Shown piece after piece: positions 49,021 to 58,569 of a DNA stretch of 64,000 bases. The notes below the pieces were generated by a model. It was not told the origin of the DNA and did no database searches. It saw nothing but the letters and a program-made list of their open reading frames with translations. The stretch is from an uncultured delta proteobacterium (lineage in GTDB: Bacteria; Desulfobacterota; Binatia; Binatales; Binataceae): the NCBI GenBank assembly GCA_963724765.1, contig CAVRVY010000001.1:1248001-1312000 (forward strand), in the 5' to 3' direction. The stretch's first letter is position 1, and each line of letters starts with the position of its first letter. Position numbers and translations under genes: made by a program.

Positions 49021-50064
49021 GTGCTCGGCGCCGCTGGCTGCATTTCGCCGCCGCCGCAGGCCGCGATGAATCAGCTTGGCAACCGGATCGAGGCCGGCCG
49101 CGACACCAGCACGCCCGCCTTTGCCCATCCTCCGTCCGGCCGTGGAGGCATCCACGCTCCATACGCAATCGCAGCCGGCTCCGCCGGCATCTGGTTTACC
49201 GAGTACAGCGCTACGACGCTGATACGGATGGAGCCCAGCGGTGCGTTCAAGCGGGTAGAGCTGGATGTCGACGGGTTTCCCGAGCGGCTGACCGTCGCGC
49301 GTGACGGAGCTGTATGGTTCACCGATCCCCAGGGTGATCGAATCGGACGCATTTTTCCCGACAACAGAAAAGCGGACTACTACACCGTGCCCACGCCCAA
49401 GAGCGGACCCGCCAGCATCGCGGCCGCCCGCGACGGCTCCATCTGGTTCACCGAGCACGCCGCCGACCAGATCGCGATCTTCGTTCCAGCCGGGGCCGAC
49501 CGTCCCTCTCCCGGCCGCCATGGGTTCAAGGAGTTTTCGCTGCCGCTCGGTGGCGGACCGGCCGGGATTGTCGCCGCCGCCGACGGCAGCCTGTGGTTCG
49601 CCGAGAACTCGGGCAACCGGATCGGTCGAATCACGCTGGCGCAAAACGCCGCCGAGCCCGTTATAACCGAATACCCGCTACCGGTCCCGCATAGCCATCC
49701 CAACGGCGTCGCGGTCGGCAGCGATGGCGTTGTTTACTTCACCGAGCTGGCGGCCAGCCGGATCGGCAAGATCACGCCGCAGGGACAAATCAGCGAGCTG
49801 GTGTTGCCGGTCAACGGCCCCGCGCTCGATATCGTTGCCGGCAGTGAAGGAACGATCTGGATCACGGTGCCGAGGGCGCATGCGATCTGTCGCCTTCGCC
49901 CCGGCGCTCCAATAACCGCCTTCTATCTGCCCGAAACGGCCATCCCGGCTTTCATTACCAGCGGCGCCGACGGCAATCTCTATTTCACCGAACCCACCGG
50001 AAAGGTCGCTCGCTTCACGCCGGTCGGCGTGCTGACCGAGTTTAGCCTGGCCGATTGGAATTAA
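49021..50064 (+). CDS. Vgb (virginiamycin B lyase)-like beta-propeller protein, probable lipoprotein
   Basis: Repeated P..I...DG.IWFTE...IGRI units; LGAAGC lipobox-like motif; true start unclear. Confidence 0.8.
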   Translation: MLGAAGCISPPPQAAMNQLGNRIEAGRDTSTPAFAHPPSGRGGIHAPYAIAAGSAGIWFTEYSATTLIRMEPSGAFKRVELDVDGFPERLTVARDGAVWFTDPQGDRIGRIFPDNRKADYYTVPTPKSGPASIAAARDGSIWFTEHAADQIAIFVPAGADRPSPGRHGFKEFSLPLGGGPAGIVAAADGSLWFAENSGNRIGRITLAQNAAEPVITEYPLPVPHSHPNGVAVGSDGVVYFTELAASRIGKITPQGQISELVLPVNGPALDIVAGSEGTIWITVPRAHAICRLRPGAPITAFYLPETAIPAFITSGADGNLYFTEPTGKVARFTPVGVLTEFSLADWN

Positions 50065-50241
50065 TTCGGGAACGCCGATCGGGAGAAACTGGTTTGTCGC
50101 GCCGCACACGGCGATGTTCCGGGGCAACGCGCGGGACTGTTCCGACGACGAAGATTTGCGCTATAAGCGGATTCAGTTTTTCGGCAAATCCAGCAATAGG
50201 GTCAAGGAATAAAATCCAGCAGTAAAAATCGAGGAATCGCG

Positions 50242-51141
50242 ATGGGCAAGCTTGACGGTAAAGTTGCTGCCGTCACTGGTGGCGGACGCGGAATCGGACG
50301 CGGGGTGGCGCGGGCACTGGCCGGCCAGGGCGCGGCGGTAGTGGTCAACGACCTCGGCGTGAGCCTTGCGGGACAGAAGGAAACCATCTCGCCCGCAGAC
50401 GACGTGGTCAAGGAGATCGTCGCGGCTGGCGGCAGGGCGGTGTCCAATCACATGGATATCGCGAGCGTGACGGGCGGCGAGGGCCTGGTCAACCAGGCGA
50501 TCAAGGAGTTCGGCCAACTCGACATCCTGGTCAACGTCGCAGGAATCCTGCGCGACCGGATGATCTTCAACATGAGCGAGCAGGAGTGGGACGACGTCAT
50601 CCGCGTGCATCTCAAGGGTCACTACTGCACGATTCGCCCGGCGAGCGCCCATATGCGCGAGCGCAAGACCGGCCGCATTATCAACTTCTCGTCCAACTCC
50701 GCGCTCGGCAGCCCGGGCCAGCCCAACTACGCCGCGGCCAAGGCCGGAATCCTGGGGCTCACTTATAGCTGCGCAACTTCGCTGCAGAAGTACGGCATTA
50801 CCGTGAACGCGATCATGCCCGGCGCGGCAACCCGGATGACCGATTCGATTCCGGCGGGACGGATGCCTGGGGTGAGCGGCCTGGCGGTGAGCCAGAGCGC
50901 CGAGGGCACGCCGCGCGATCCGGCGAACGTCGCGCCGATAATCGTTTATCTCGCGAGCGACCAGGCGGCCGAAGTGACGGGACAGTGCTTCGGCGCTTCC
51001 GGCTACCGGATCACGCGCTACACGCACATCAAGACCGACCGCACGATCTTCAGCGACGGCCCGTGGGAGATCGACAAGCTCTTTGAGATTTTCAAATCGA
51101 CTCTCGGGCAGGGTCTCGAAGCGGTGAACATGTTCGCGTGA
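50242..51141 (+). CDS. SDR-family oxidoreductase
   Basis: VTGGGRGIG, VVVNDLG, NVAGILRDR, YAAAK. Confidence 0.92.
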   Translation: MGKLDGKVAAVTGGGRGIGRGVARALAGQGAAVVVNDLGVSLAGQKETISPADDVVKEIVAAGGRAVSNHMDIASVTGGEGLVNQAIKEFGQLDILVNVAGILRDRMIFNMSEQEWDDVIRVHLKGHYCTIRPASAHMRERKTGRIINFSSNSALGSPGQPNYAAAKAGILGLTYSCATSLQKYGITVNAIMPGAATRMTDSIPAGRMPGVSGLAVSQSAEGTPRDPANVAPIIVYLASDQAAEVTGQCFGASGYRITRYTHIKTDRTIFSDGPWEIDKLFEIFKSTLGQGLEAVNMFA

Positions 51142-51145
51142 CGGT

Positions 51146-52033
51146 ATGCCGTCACGGCCGCAATTCCTGGTCGGCACCGCCTCGTGGACCGATCCGACGC
51201 TGGTGAAGTCGGACGTTTTTTATCCGCCAGCGCTCAAGACCGCCGAGGAACGTCTGCGCTTTTACGCCGCGCAGTTCAACACGGTCGAGGTTGACGCCAG
51301 CTACTACGCGCTGATCTCGGAACGCAACGCCGAGCTATGGGCCGAACGCGTGCCGCCCGGCTTCGTCTTCAACATCAAGGCCTTCGCGATGCTGACGCAG
51401 CATCCAGTGGACGCGACGCGGCTGCCCGCGGCTGTGAAATCGATGCTGCCGGCCGATCAACGCGCCGCGGCGCGCCTGCGCCATCCGCCGCGCGAGGTGC
51501 TGGAGATGGCTTTCGGGATGTTCTGGAGCGCGCTTGCGCCGCTCCGCGCCGCCGGCAAGCTCGGCCATCTGCTGTTCCAGTTTCCGCCGTACTTCACCGC
51601 ACGTGCGTCGAACCTCGACTATATCGCCGGGCTCAAGGAGCGGCTGCCGGGGGCGGCGATCGCGATCGAGTTTCGTCACAATAGCTGGTTCGACGGCGCG
51701 CAGCGGGCCGAGACGATTCGCTTTCTTGACCGTCACGGGCTTACTTTCGTGTCGATCGACACGCCGCCCGGAACCGTGGAGTCGATGTTTGCGGTCACCG
51801 GCTCAGAAGCTTACGTGCGCTTCCATGGCCGCAACCGCGAGAACTGGCACAAGCGCGACGGTGGCGCCGCCGAGCGTTTCAAGTATCTCTACGCGGAGGC
51901 CGAACTGGCGCAGTGGGCCGAGCGGCTGAGGTCGCTTTCCGGGGTGCGCCGTGCGAGCGTCATCTTCAATAACTGTTACAGCAATCTCGGCGTGATGAAC
52001 GCGGCCACGATGGCGCAGATGCTCAAGCGCTGA
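51146..52033 (+). CDS. DUF72-domain protein
   Basis: VGTASW, FNTVEVDASYY, LFQFPP, EFRH.SW, YVRFHGRN, IFNN. Confidence 0.9.
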   Translation: MPSRPQFLVGTASWTDPTLVKSDVFYPPALKTAEERLRFYAAQFNTVEVDASYYALISERNAELWAERVPPGFVFNIKAFAMLTQHPVDATRLPAAVKSMLPADQRAAARLRHPPREVLEMAFGMFWSALAPLRAAGKLGHLLFQFPPYFTARASNLDYIAGLKERLPGAAIAIEFRHNSWFDGAQRAETIRFLDRHGLTFVSIDTPPGTVESMFAVTGSEAYVRFHGRNRENWHKRDGGAAERFKYLYAEAELAQWAERLRSLSGVRRASVIFNNCYSNLGVMNAATMAQMLKR

Positions 52034-52092
52034 CGCCGTCCGCACAAAAACAGCGGAACAAATCCATGGGACAAAATCAGCGGGACAAATAA

Positions 52093-52812
52093 ATGAAGGC
52101 CACGCTCTATCAGTTCGTAACCAGCCCGTTCTGCTCCAAGGTGCGCAAGATTCTCGATTACAAGGGCCTGGAGTACCAGGTCGTCGAGGTCGACTATATC
52201 GAGCGCAAGGAGTTGATCGCGGCCTCGGGCCAAATCATGGTCCCGGTGCTGAGGCTCGAGCACGTCCAGGATGAAGAGGTCCGGGGCGAGAATGTCGAGG
52301 GCGGTGGCGTGGTCGAGACGATCGTCGACTCCGACCGTATCGCGACGCGCCTGGAGGAGTTGTGTCCCGAGCCGACGCTTCTGCCGGCGCGGAGCCGGGG
52401 CCTGCACCTGGCGCTCACCCGCTACATCGAGACCGAAGTCGAGGAGGCGCTGTTTTGCGCCGCGGTTCCCGACGAGGAAAAATACTTCGCCCACCAGGGC
52501 GCCGACCGCCTAGCGATGTTTCGCTTCATTCGCGACCGCAAGTACGGCACTGGGTTCTGCGATAGGATGGAACGCGAGCACGAGGCCAACATGGTCCGCG
52601 TGCGCGAGGTGCTGGAGCCGTTCGAGATGGCGCTCGAGCACGGCGCGTTTCTGCTCGGTGGTCCCGGACTGGCCGACTTCGCGCTATATGGCCAGCTTCA
52701 TTTCCTCGCGCTCACCGGCGTGCTCAAGATTCCGCACGAACTTCCGCGCTTGCGCGAGTTCTACGGCCGCGTCGATCGAATCACGGCGGCGCTGGAGGAG
52801 ACGGGGACCTAG
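52093..52812 (+). CDS. glutathione S-transferase family protein
   Basis: SPFCSKVR..L.YKG, cis-Pro VPVL, DS..I, LADFALYG. Confidence 0.82.
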   Translation: MKATLYQFVTSPFCSKVRKILDYKGLEYQVVEVDYIERKELIAASGQIMVPVLRLEHVQDEEVRGENVEGGGVVETIVDSDRIATRLEELCPEPTLLPARSRGLHLALTRYIETEVEEALFCAAVPDEEKYFAHQGADRLAMFRFIRDRKYGTGFCDRMEREHEANMVRVREVLEPFEMALEHGAFLLGGPGLADFALYGQLHFLALTGVLKIPHELPRLREFYGRVDRITAALEETGT

Positions 52813-53252
52813 GCGATTTCGATCAACGCCGCATGCAGAAAACGGCTGAACAGCGCGCCGGTGGAGTCCAGCGCAACGTCATAGAGCGATGGGCCACGGC
52901 TCGGCACGAACATCTGATGGCCCTCGTCGAGGAACGCGTAGAGCACGCATAATCCGAAGGCGAAGTAGGGGCGCGCGCGCAGCGGCCCGCTCACCAGCAG
53001 CCAGAATAGGATCGCGTAGTTGGTGAAGTGTGCCGCCTTGCGCACGAAGCCATGCGCGAGCGCGATCGTCGCCGCCGACGCTCCCGGCATCAGGAAGCGC
53101 AGGATCGGGTCGATGAATTTCGACGTGTTCTCAGCGGAGAAATATGAAGTCGAAAAGGTAAAGATAACGATCGCCCACACCACCACCGGCATCCACTTGA
53201 TCAACGGTCGTTCGCCCGATTCACTTGTTTTTACCGCGACCGCGTCGCTCAT
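52809..53252 (-). CDS. VanZ-family membrane protein
   Basis: VRKAAHFTNY, YAFLDEGHQMFVPSR....DVALD. Confidence 0.88.
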   Translation of the reverse strand: MSDAVAVKTSESGERPLIKWMPVVVWAIVIFTFSTSYFSAENTSKFIDPILRFLMPGASAATIALAHGFVRKAAHFTNYAILFWLLVSGPLRARPYFAFGLCVLYAFLDEGHQMFVPSRGPSLYDVALDSTGALFSRFLHAALIEIA

Positions 53253-53418
53253 GCCTGGGTCCTTGTCGTGATTCGATTCATTTTAGCCCGCCTGGCCGCC
53301 AAATCGCGAGCGCACTGCTTCTCTGCATCAGCGCTCAAGGCTAGCATGGGTCAGAGGATGGTCAAACTGGAGTTCCGGCCGCGGATCTCATGCTTCACCG
53401 ATTCAGCGAAGGAGCTGA

Positions 53419-54942
53419 ATGCCTATGAGCCAGACCTGGACTATCGCTGAGACGCATCCCGTGCCGCCCTGCACGGTCGTAATCTTTGGCGCTTCGGGCG
53501 ACCTCGCCGCGCGCAAGCTCCTGCCCGCACTTTACAACCTCGAGCATTGCGGCCAGGACGCGATACCGCCCAAGAGCGCAATCCTGGGTTTCGCGCGCCG
53601 CGAGATGTCGGTCGAGGCGTTTCGCACCAAGGCGCGCGAGGCGGCCGAACGCTACTCGCGCCTGAAAATCGACGAGAAATGCTGGCGCCGCTTCGCCCAG
53701 AACCTCGACTATCTCTCGGGGTTGGACCGCCCCGACGGCTTCGCGCGCCTCAAGAATCGCCTGGAGGAAACCGAAAAGGCGCGCGGCCTGCCGCCCAACC
53801 GCGTCTATTACCTGTCAGTCCCGCCCGAGGCGATTACCGAGACGGTCGAGAAGCTCTACGGCGCGGGACTGATCGCGCCGCCGGACGCTGCCCATTTCAC
53901 CCGAATCGTGGTCGAGAAGCCGATCGGCCACGACCTGCATAGCGCGCTGCACATCATCAGCGCGATTCGCAAGCATTTCGATGAGAGCCAGATCTTTCGC
54001 ATCGACCACTACCTCGGCAAGGAGACGGTGCAGAACCTGATGGTGCTGCGGTTCGCCAACAGCATCTTCGAGGATTTCTGGAACAATCGCCGGGTCGACC
54101 ACGTCCAGATTACTGTCTCCGAGCAGGAAGGGCTGGGCACGCGCGCGATGTACTACGACGGCGCCGGCGCCCTGCGCGACATGGTGCAGAACCACATGCT
54201 GCAAGTGCTCGCGCTGACCGGGATGGAACCGCCGGTATCGCTCGCCGCCGACGCGGTGCGTGACGCCAAGGTCAACGTGATCCGTTCACTGCGGCCTTTC
54301 GATGCCGGGGAGGTACGCAAGCTCGTGGTGCGTGGCCAATACGCGGCGGGCGAGCTCGACGGCAAGCGCGTCCCTGGCTATCTTCAGGAAGAGGGCATCC
54401 GCGAGACCTCGCGCACCGAAACCTTTGTCGCGCTAAAGGCGGTGGTCGACAACTGGCGATGGGCAGGGGTGCCATTCTACCTGCGCACGGGCAAGCGTTT
54501 GCCGCGGCGCGCGAGCACCATCTTCGTGCAGTTCAAGCGAGTACCTGAAATTCTGTTCAATCGCCGCGTCTCGTTGCCACCCGACGTGCTGGCGATTCGG
54601 ATCCAGCCCGACGAGGGTTTCTCGCTCAAAGTCTTGGCCAAGCGGCCGGGTCTGGATCTTTCGATTCAGCCGGTGCGGATGGATCTCCATTACGCGGCGG
54701 AGTTCGACGGTGCCTCGCCCGACGCCTATGAGCGGCTGCTACTCGACGTGATGGCGGGTGACCACACGCTGTTTCTCGGCTCCCGTTTCGTCCAGCGCTC
54801 CTGGGAATTCGTGCAGGGAATTCTCGATCAATGGCAGAGCGACCCGGGGACTCCGCTGGAGCCCTACGCGGCCGGAACCTGGGGGCCCGGGGCCGCCGAC
54901 GATTTGATCCGCGCCGACGGCCGCGAGTGGTTTGAGCCGTAA
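53419..54942 (+). CDS. zwf: glucose-6-phosphate dehydrogenase
   Basis: IFGASGDL, VEKPIG, RIDHYLGKE, RDMVQNH, GVPFYLRTGK. Confidence 0.96.
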   Translation: MPMSQTWTIAETHPVPPCTVVIFGASGDLAARKLLPALYNLEHCGQDAIPPKSAILGFARREMSVEAFRTKAREAAERYSRLKIDEKCWRRFAQNLDYLSGLDRPDGFARLKNRLEETEKARGLPPNRVYYLSVPPEAITETVEKLYGAGLIAPPDAAHFTRIVVEKPIGHDLHSALHIISAIRKHFDESQIFRIDHYLGKETVQNLMVLRFANSIFEDFWNNRRVDHVQITVSEQEGLGTRAMYYDGAGALRDMVQNHMLQVLALTGMEPPVSLAADAVRDAKVNVIRSLRPFDAGEVRKLVVRGQYAAGELDGKRVPGYLQEEGIRETSRTETFVALKAVVDNWRWAGVPFYLRTGKRLPRRASTIFVQFKRVPEILFNRRVSLPPDVLAIRIQPDEGFSLKVLAKRPGLDLSIQPVRMDLHYAAEFDGASPDAYERLLLDVMAGDHTLFLGSRFVQRSWEFVQGILDQWQSDPGTPLEPYAAGTWGPGAADDLIRADGREWFEP

Positions 54943-55228
54943 TGCGTGCTTGATGTAGGTATGTAATTCGGTAGTACTGTAAGGAGTCAAGTGCCTGCAG
55001 GATTGCTCGGGGCAGGCAGCTTGAAGATTTAAGACTGGCCGTCCGACCTATTTTGCGTGAGATTCCAAGGACTTAACGAGACAGCCCGGCTCACGAGGCG
55101 AGTTCGCGAGGAGGCGTCAGCGGGCAGGTGTCGGCCAACTCGCAAGCGCATATCCACAGACCATCGACAGACTTATCAACAGGCAGGATCGCCTGCGGCG
55201 AGCCCCGAAATATCTGCGGACGCCCGCT

Positions 55229-55423
55229 CTAGGCGTGCCGATGCATCGGGCACTGTGCCCCGTGACTGCCGCCCGAACAGCACGACTGCGAAGGGCAGCA
55301 CGACTGCTTGCTCTGGCAGCAGGCCGGCGGGTCGAAGTTGCGGCTGGCCAGCACATATCCGCCCGTACCCAGAGCTCCGATTAACATCATTGCGGCAAAT
55401 GCCTTAACCGATATCCGTTTCAT
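55229..55423 (-). CDS. small secreted Cys/His-rich protein (metallothionein-like)
   Basis: Signal-peptide-like MKRISVKAFAAMMLIGALGTGGYVLA followed by CC-x5-CC-x4-CC...H..QCPMHRH; GGAG upstream of the ATG. Confidence 0.65.
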   Translation of the reverse strand: MKRISVKAFAAMMLIGALGTGGYVLASRNFDPPACCQSKQSCCPSQSCCSGGSHGAQCPMHRHA

Positions 55424-55703
55424 TGCCCGCTCCATTACGTAGCGTCCGAGTTTCGCTTTCCCCTGACAGCGGCATTATAAGCATCGCGCGAAGCTTACGG
55501 CAAAGCCGCCGCTCTGCGCACAAATTCTGTCCTGGTGGCGCAAAAGGCAGGGGGTGCGCTAGCTTAAGATAAAGAGGCGGGAAATTTTGCGCGCGCACTT
55601 TATTTCGACAGCATGGCCCGTTTGCAAGCCGCGCGACGGAGCTTGGCAAGAGGGTCAGATGCGTAGCGCTATTCGACAGGGAAATTAAGGGAGATTTACA
55701 ACG

Positions 55704-56942
55704 ATGGCTAAGCCAGAGAGCGTCTATATCCTTGGTGGCGGACAGAGCGACTTCGCCCGCAACTGGAACAAGGAGGGCAAGCATTTTTCCGCCGTGATGC
55801 GCGAGACGGTGAATGGCGCGATGGAACAGGCCCGAATCGAGCCGCGCGAAATCCAGACCGCTCACGTCGGCAACTTTGCCGCCGAGCTTTACAGCAAGCA
55901 GGGCCAGCTCAACGCGTTTTTCCTTGAGGTCGACCCGCAATTCTTCGGCATCCCGACTTCGCGCCACGAGGCCGCCTGCGCCTCCGGGTCGATCGCTATT
56001 CTTGCCGCCTCGGCCGACATCGAAGCCGGTCGCTACGACCTCGCTGCGGTGGTCGGCCTGGAGCAGATGAAGACCGTCGATTCTGCGACCGGCGGCGACT
56101 TTCTCGGTACCGCGGGATGGTACGAGCGCGAGTGCAAGGGCGTTGCTTATCCGTTCCCGGCATTGTTCGGACGCCTGGGCGACGAATACGACAAACGCTA
56201 CGGGCTCAAGGACGAATACCTGGCGCACATCTCGTCGGTCAATTTCTCCAATGCCCGGCGCAACCCGCTCGCGCAGACCCGCGCGTGGCCCCGCAGCGAG
56301 AGCGACCCGGCGCAGGCGAGCAAGTTCAACCAGCCCATCGCAGGCCGGATCAAAGTGCGCGACTGCTCGCAGGTGACCGACGGCACCGCGGTGCTGTTCC
56401 TGGCCTCCGAGAAATTCGCCGCCGAGTATGCGAAGCGGCGCAACCTCAAACTCGAAAATCTCCCACGCATTCTCGGCTGGGGCCATCACACGGCGCCGAT
56501 CGAATTCGACAAGAAGATCGCCGAAAGCCGCGAGGACACCTACGTGCTGCCGCATACGCGCGAGGCGATCCTAGACGCGTTCCGCCGCGCCGGCCTCTCC
56601 GGCGTCACGCAGGTCTCGGGTATCGAGACCCACGATTGCTTTACCACTTCCGAGTACATGGCGATCGACCACTTCGGCATCACCAAGCCGGGTGAGTCAT
56701 GGAAGGCGATCGAGGAAGGGGCGATCGAGATGGGCGGCAGAATGCCGATCAACCCCAGCGGCGGGCTGATCGGCGTCGGACATCCGGTCGGCGGCACCGG
56801 CGTGCGCCAGATGCTCGATTGCTATCGCCAGGTGACCGGGACCGCCGGTGAGTACCAGGTCGAGGGCGCCGAGCGCTTCGCGATGCTCAATATCGGCGGC
56901 AGCGGCACGACCAGTTGCTCGTTCGTGGTGGGCAAGCACTAG
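55704..56942 (+). CDS. acetyl-CoA acetyltransferase (SCP2-type thiolase)
   Basis: EAACASG, CSQVTDG, ETHDCFT, INPSGGL...GHPVGGTG. Confidence 0.9.
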   Translation: MAKPESVYILGGGQSDFARNWNKEGKHFSAVMRETVNGAMEQARIEPREIQTAHVGNFAAELYSKQGQLNAFFLEVDPQFFGIPTSRHEAACASGSIAILAASADIEAGRYDLAAVVGLEQMKTVDSATGGDFLGTAGWYERECKGVAYPFPALFGRLGDEYDKRYGLKDEYLAHISSVNFSNARRNPLAQTRAWPRSESDPAQASKFNQPIAGRIKVRDCSQVTDGTAVLFLASEKFAAEYAKRRNLKLENLPRILGWGHHTAPIEFDKKIAESREDTYVLPHTREAILDAFRRAGLSGVTQVSGIETHDCFTTSEYMAIDHFGITKPGESWKAIEEGAIEMGGRMPINPSGGLIGVGHPVGGTGVRQMLDCYRQVTGTAGEYQVEGAERFAMLNIGGSGTTSCSFVVGKH

Positions 56943-56967
56943 AAGCGCGTCTGCGGGCTGATTGAAA

Positions 56968-58569
56968 ATGCCGGAGGCATTGCCGAGCTTTTTGCTTATC
57001 GACCAGCGTCGGTGTGCTTACTCGTTTCCTGACGGGCGGCCCGCGCTGCTCTGCTTCGTCAAGGAGGATTGCCAGACCTGCGGGATGACGATGCCGCTGG
57101 TCGAAGCGGCGTCGCTGGCATTTCGCGGTGAAGTCGATGTTGTCGCTATCGGCCAGGACGCCGCGGGTAACGCACTCCTCATCGAGCGGCACAAGTTCAC
57201 GGCGCCGATGCTCGACGACTCGGATCTGAAAGTTTCGTACGCTTACAACGTCGAGATCGTTCCGACGATCATTCTCGCGGACGCGCGCGGCGCTGAGTTG
57301 CGCCGTTTCGAGGGCTTCGACAAGTCCGACTGGCAAAGCGCGCTTTCCCAGGCGGCGCATCTGGCCGGCGGACCCCAACCGCAAATCGATTGGAATGCAT
57401 ACCCGCAATCGCGTCCCGGATGCGGCTCGAAATCGGTCGAACCCGGCGTAGCCGAACGATTGGCCGCCGAGGCTTCTGGCTCGCGCCTGCGCGCACGTCA
57501 GATCGAGCTTGGCGCCGACGAGGACCCGTTCGAATTCATGTTCGAGCGTGGACTGACCGACGGCCTGCCGGTCGTTCCGCCCACGCCCGAGCGCGTGATG
57601 CGGATGCTCGCCGGGACACGGCGCGATCCGCAGGAAGTGATCGCAACCGTGCCGCCGAACCTGGCGCCGCTCACGATCGAGAAGGTCGCCGCCAATGCCG
57701 TGATGGCGGGATGCAGGCCCGAGTACTTGCCGGTGGTGCTCGCGGTGCTCGAAGCGGTCTGTACCGACGAGTTCAATATCCACGGTGTGATGGCGACCAC
57801 GGCCGGCGCCACGCCGACCATCGTGGTCAACGGCCCCATCCGCCATCGCCTCGGGATGAACATGAAGATCGGCGCGCTGGGCTCCGGCAATCGCGCCAAC
57901 GCGACTATCGGACGCGCGGTCAAGCTCGCGCTGCGCAACGTCGGCGGCGCGCGGCCGGGCGAGATAGAACGCACCGCGCTCGGCGGCCCGGGCAAGTACA
58001 CAGCCTGCTATCCCGAATGGGAGGAGCGCAGCCCGTGGCAGCCGCTCCACGTCGAGCGCGGCTTTCGCCGCGAAGACAACGTGGTGACAGTCTTCGGCTT
58101 GGAACCGGGACCTCGCCTGATCGTCGACCAGCTCTCGCGCACCGCACACGCGCTCGCTGGCAGCCTCGGGATGGCGCTCGAGAGCTGCTGGCATCCCAAG
58201 CTCCACGGCTACGGCGAAGTCCTGCTGGTCATCTCGCCCGAGCACGCTGACACTATCGCGCGCGACGGCTGGACCAAAGCGCAGGTGCGCAATCGAATCC
58301 AGGAGGCGAGCGCGCGGCCGATACGCGACCTGGTGCCCGACGCCAACGCCGGCGAGGGGATGGCGCTTAAGCACTTCGGTCTCGCCAATCCGTCGGCGGA
58401 GCAACTCGAACAGCGCGTCCCGAAGTTCCGCAAGCCCGAGAATATCAATATCATCGTGGCTGGCGGTGAGGCCGGCAAGTTTTCGAGCGTTTTCGGCGGA
58501 TGGTTCAGCGGGCCGATGGGCTCGATAAGCGTGAGCCGGAAAATCGAGGAGGCGCCAAAATCCGAATGA
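56968..58569 (+). CDS. thioredoxin/redoxin (CxxC) domain fused to an uncharacterised 'TDGLPVVPPT' domain
   Basis: KEDCQTC and cis-Pro EIVPT; linker PGCGS; C-terminal GLTDGLPVVPPT...ANAVMAGC...GNRANATIGRA. Confidence 0.8.
   Translation: MPEALPSFLLIDQRRCAYSFPDGRPALLCFVKEDCQTCGMTMPLVEAASLAFRGEVDVVAIGQDAAGNALLIERHKFTAPMLDDSDLKVSYAYNVEIVPTIILADARGAELRRFEGFDKSDWQSALSQAAHLAGGPQPQIDWNAYPQSRPGCGSKSVEPGVAERLAAEASGSRLRARQIELGADEDPFEFMFERGLTDGLPVVPPTPERVMRMLAGTRRDPQEVIATVPPNLAPLTIEKVAANAVMAGCRPEYLPVVLAVLEAVCTDEFNIHGVMATTAGATPTIVVNGPIRHRLGMNMKIGALGSGNRANATIGRAVKLALRNVGGARPGEIERTALGGPGKYTACYPEWEERSPWQPLHVERGFRREDNVVTVFGLEPGPRLIVDQLSRTAHALAGSLGMALESCWHPKLHGYGEVLLVISPEHADTIARDGWTKAQVRNRIQEASARPIRDLVPDANAGEGMALKHFGLANPSAEQLEQRVPKFRKPENINIIVAGGEAGKFSSVFGGWFSGPMGSISVSRKIEEAPKSE

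Noticed and set aside
49021-50064. Streptogramin resistance (vgb); likewise glycopeptide resistance for the VanZ gene at 52809-53252
   Set aside because: Both folds are widespread without resistance roles; this propeller looks exported, and no resistance context is present.
54943-55228. Possible sRNA or antisense promoter (TTGACT on the minus strand) downstream of zwf
   Set aside because: The -10 spacing is poor, and I recognise no RNA family or convincing structure.
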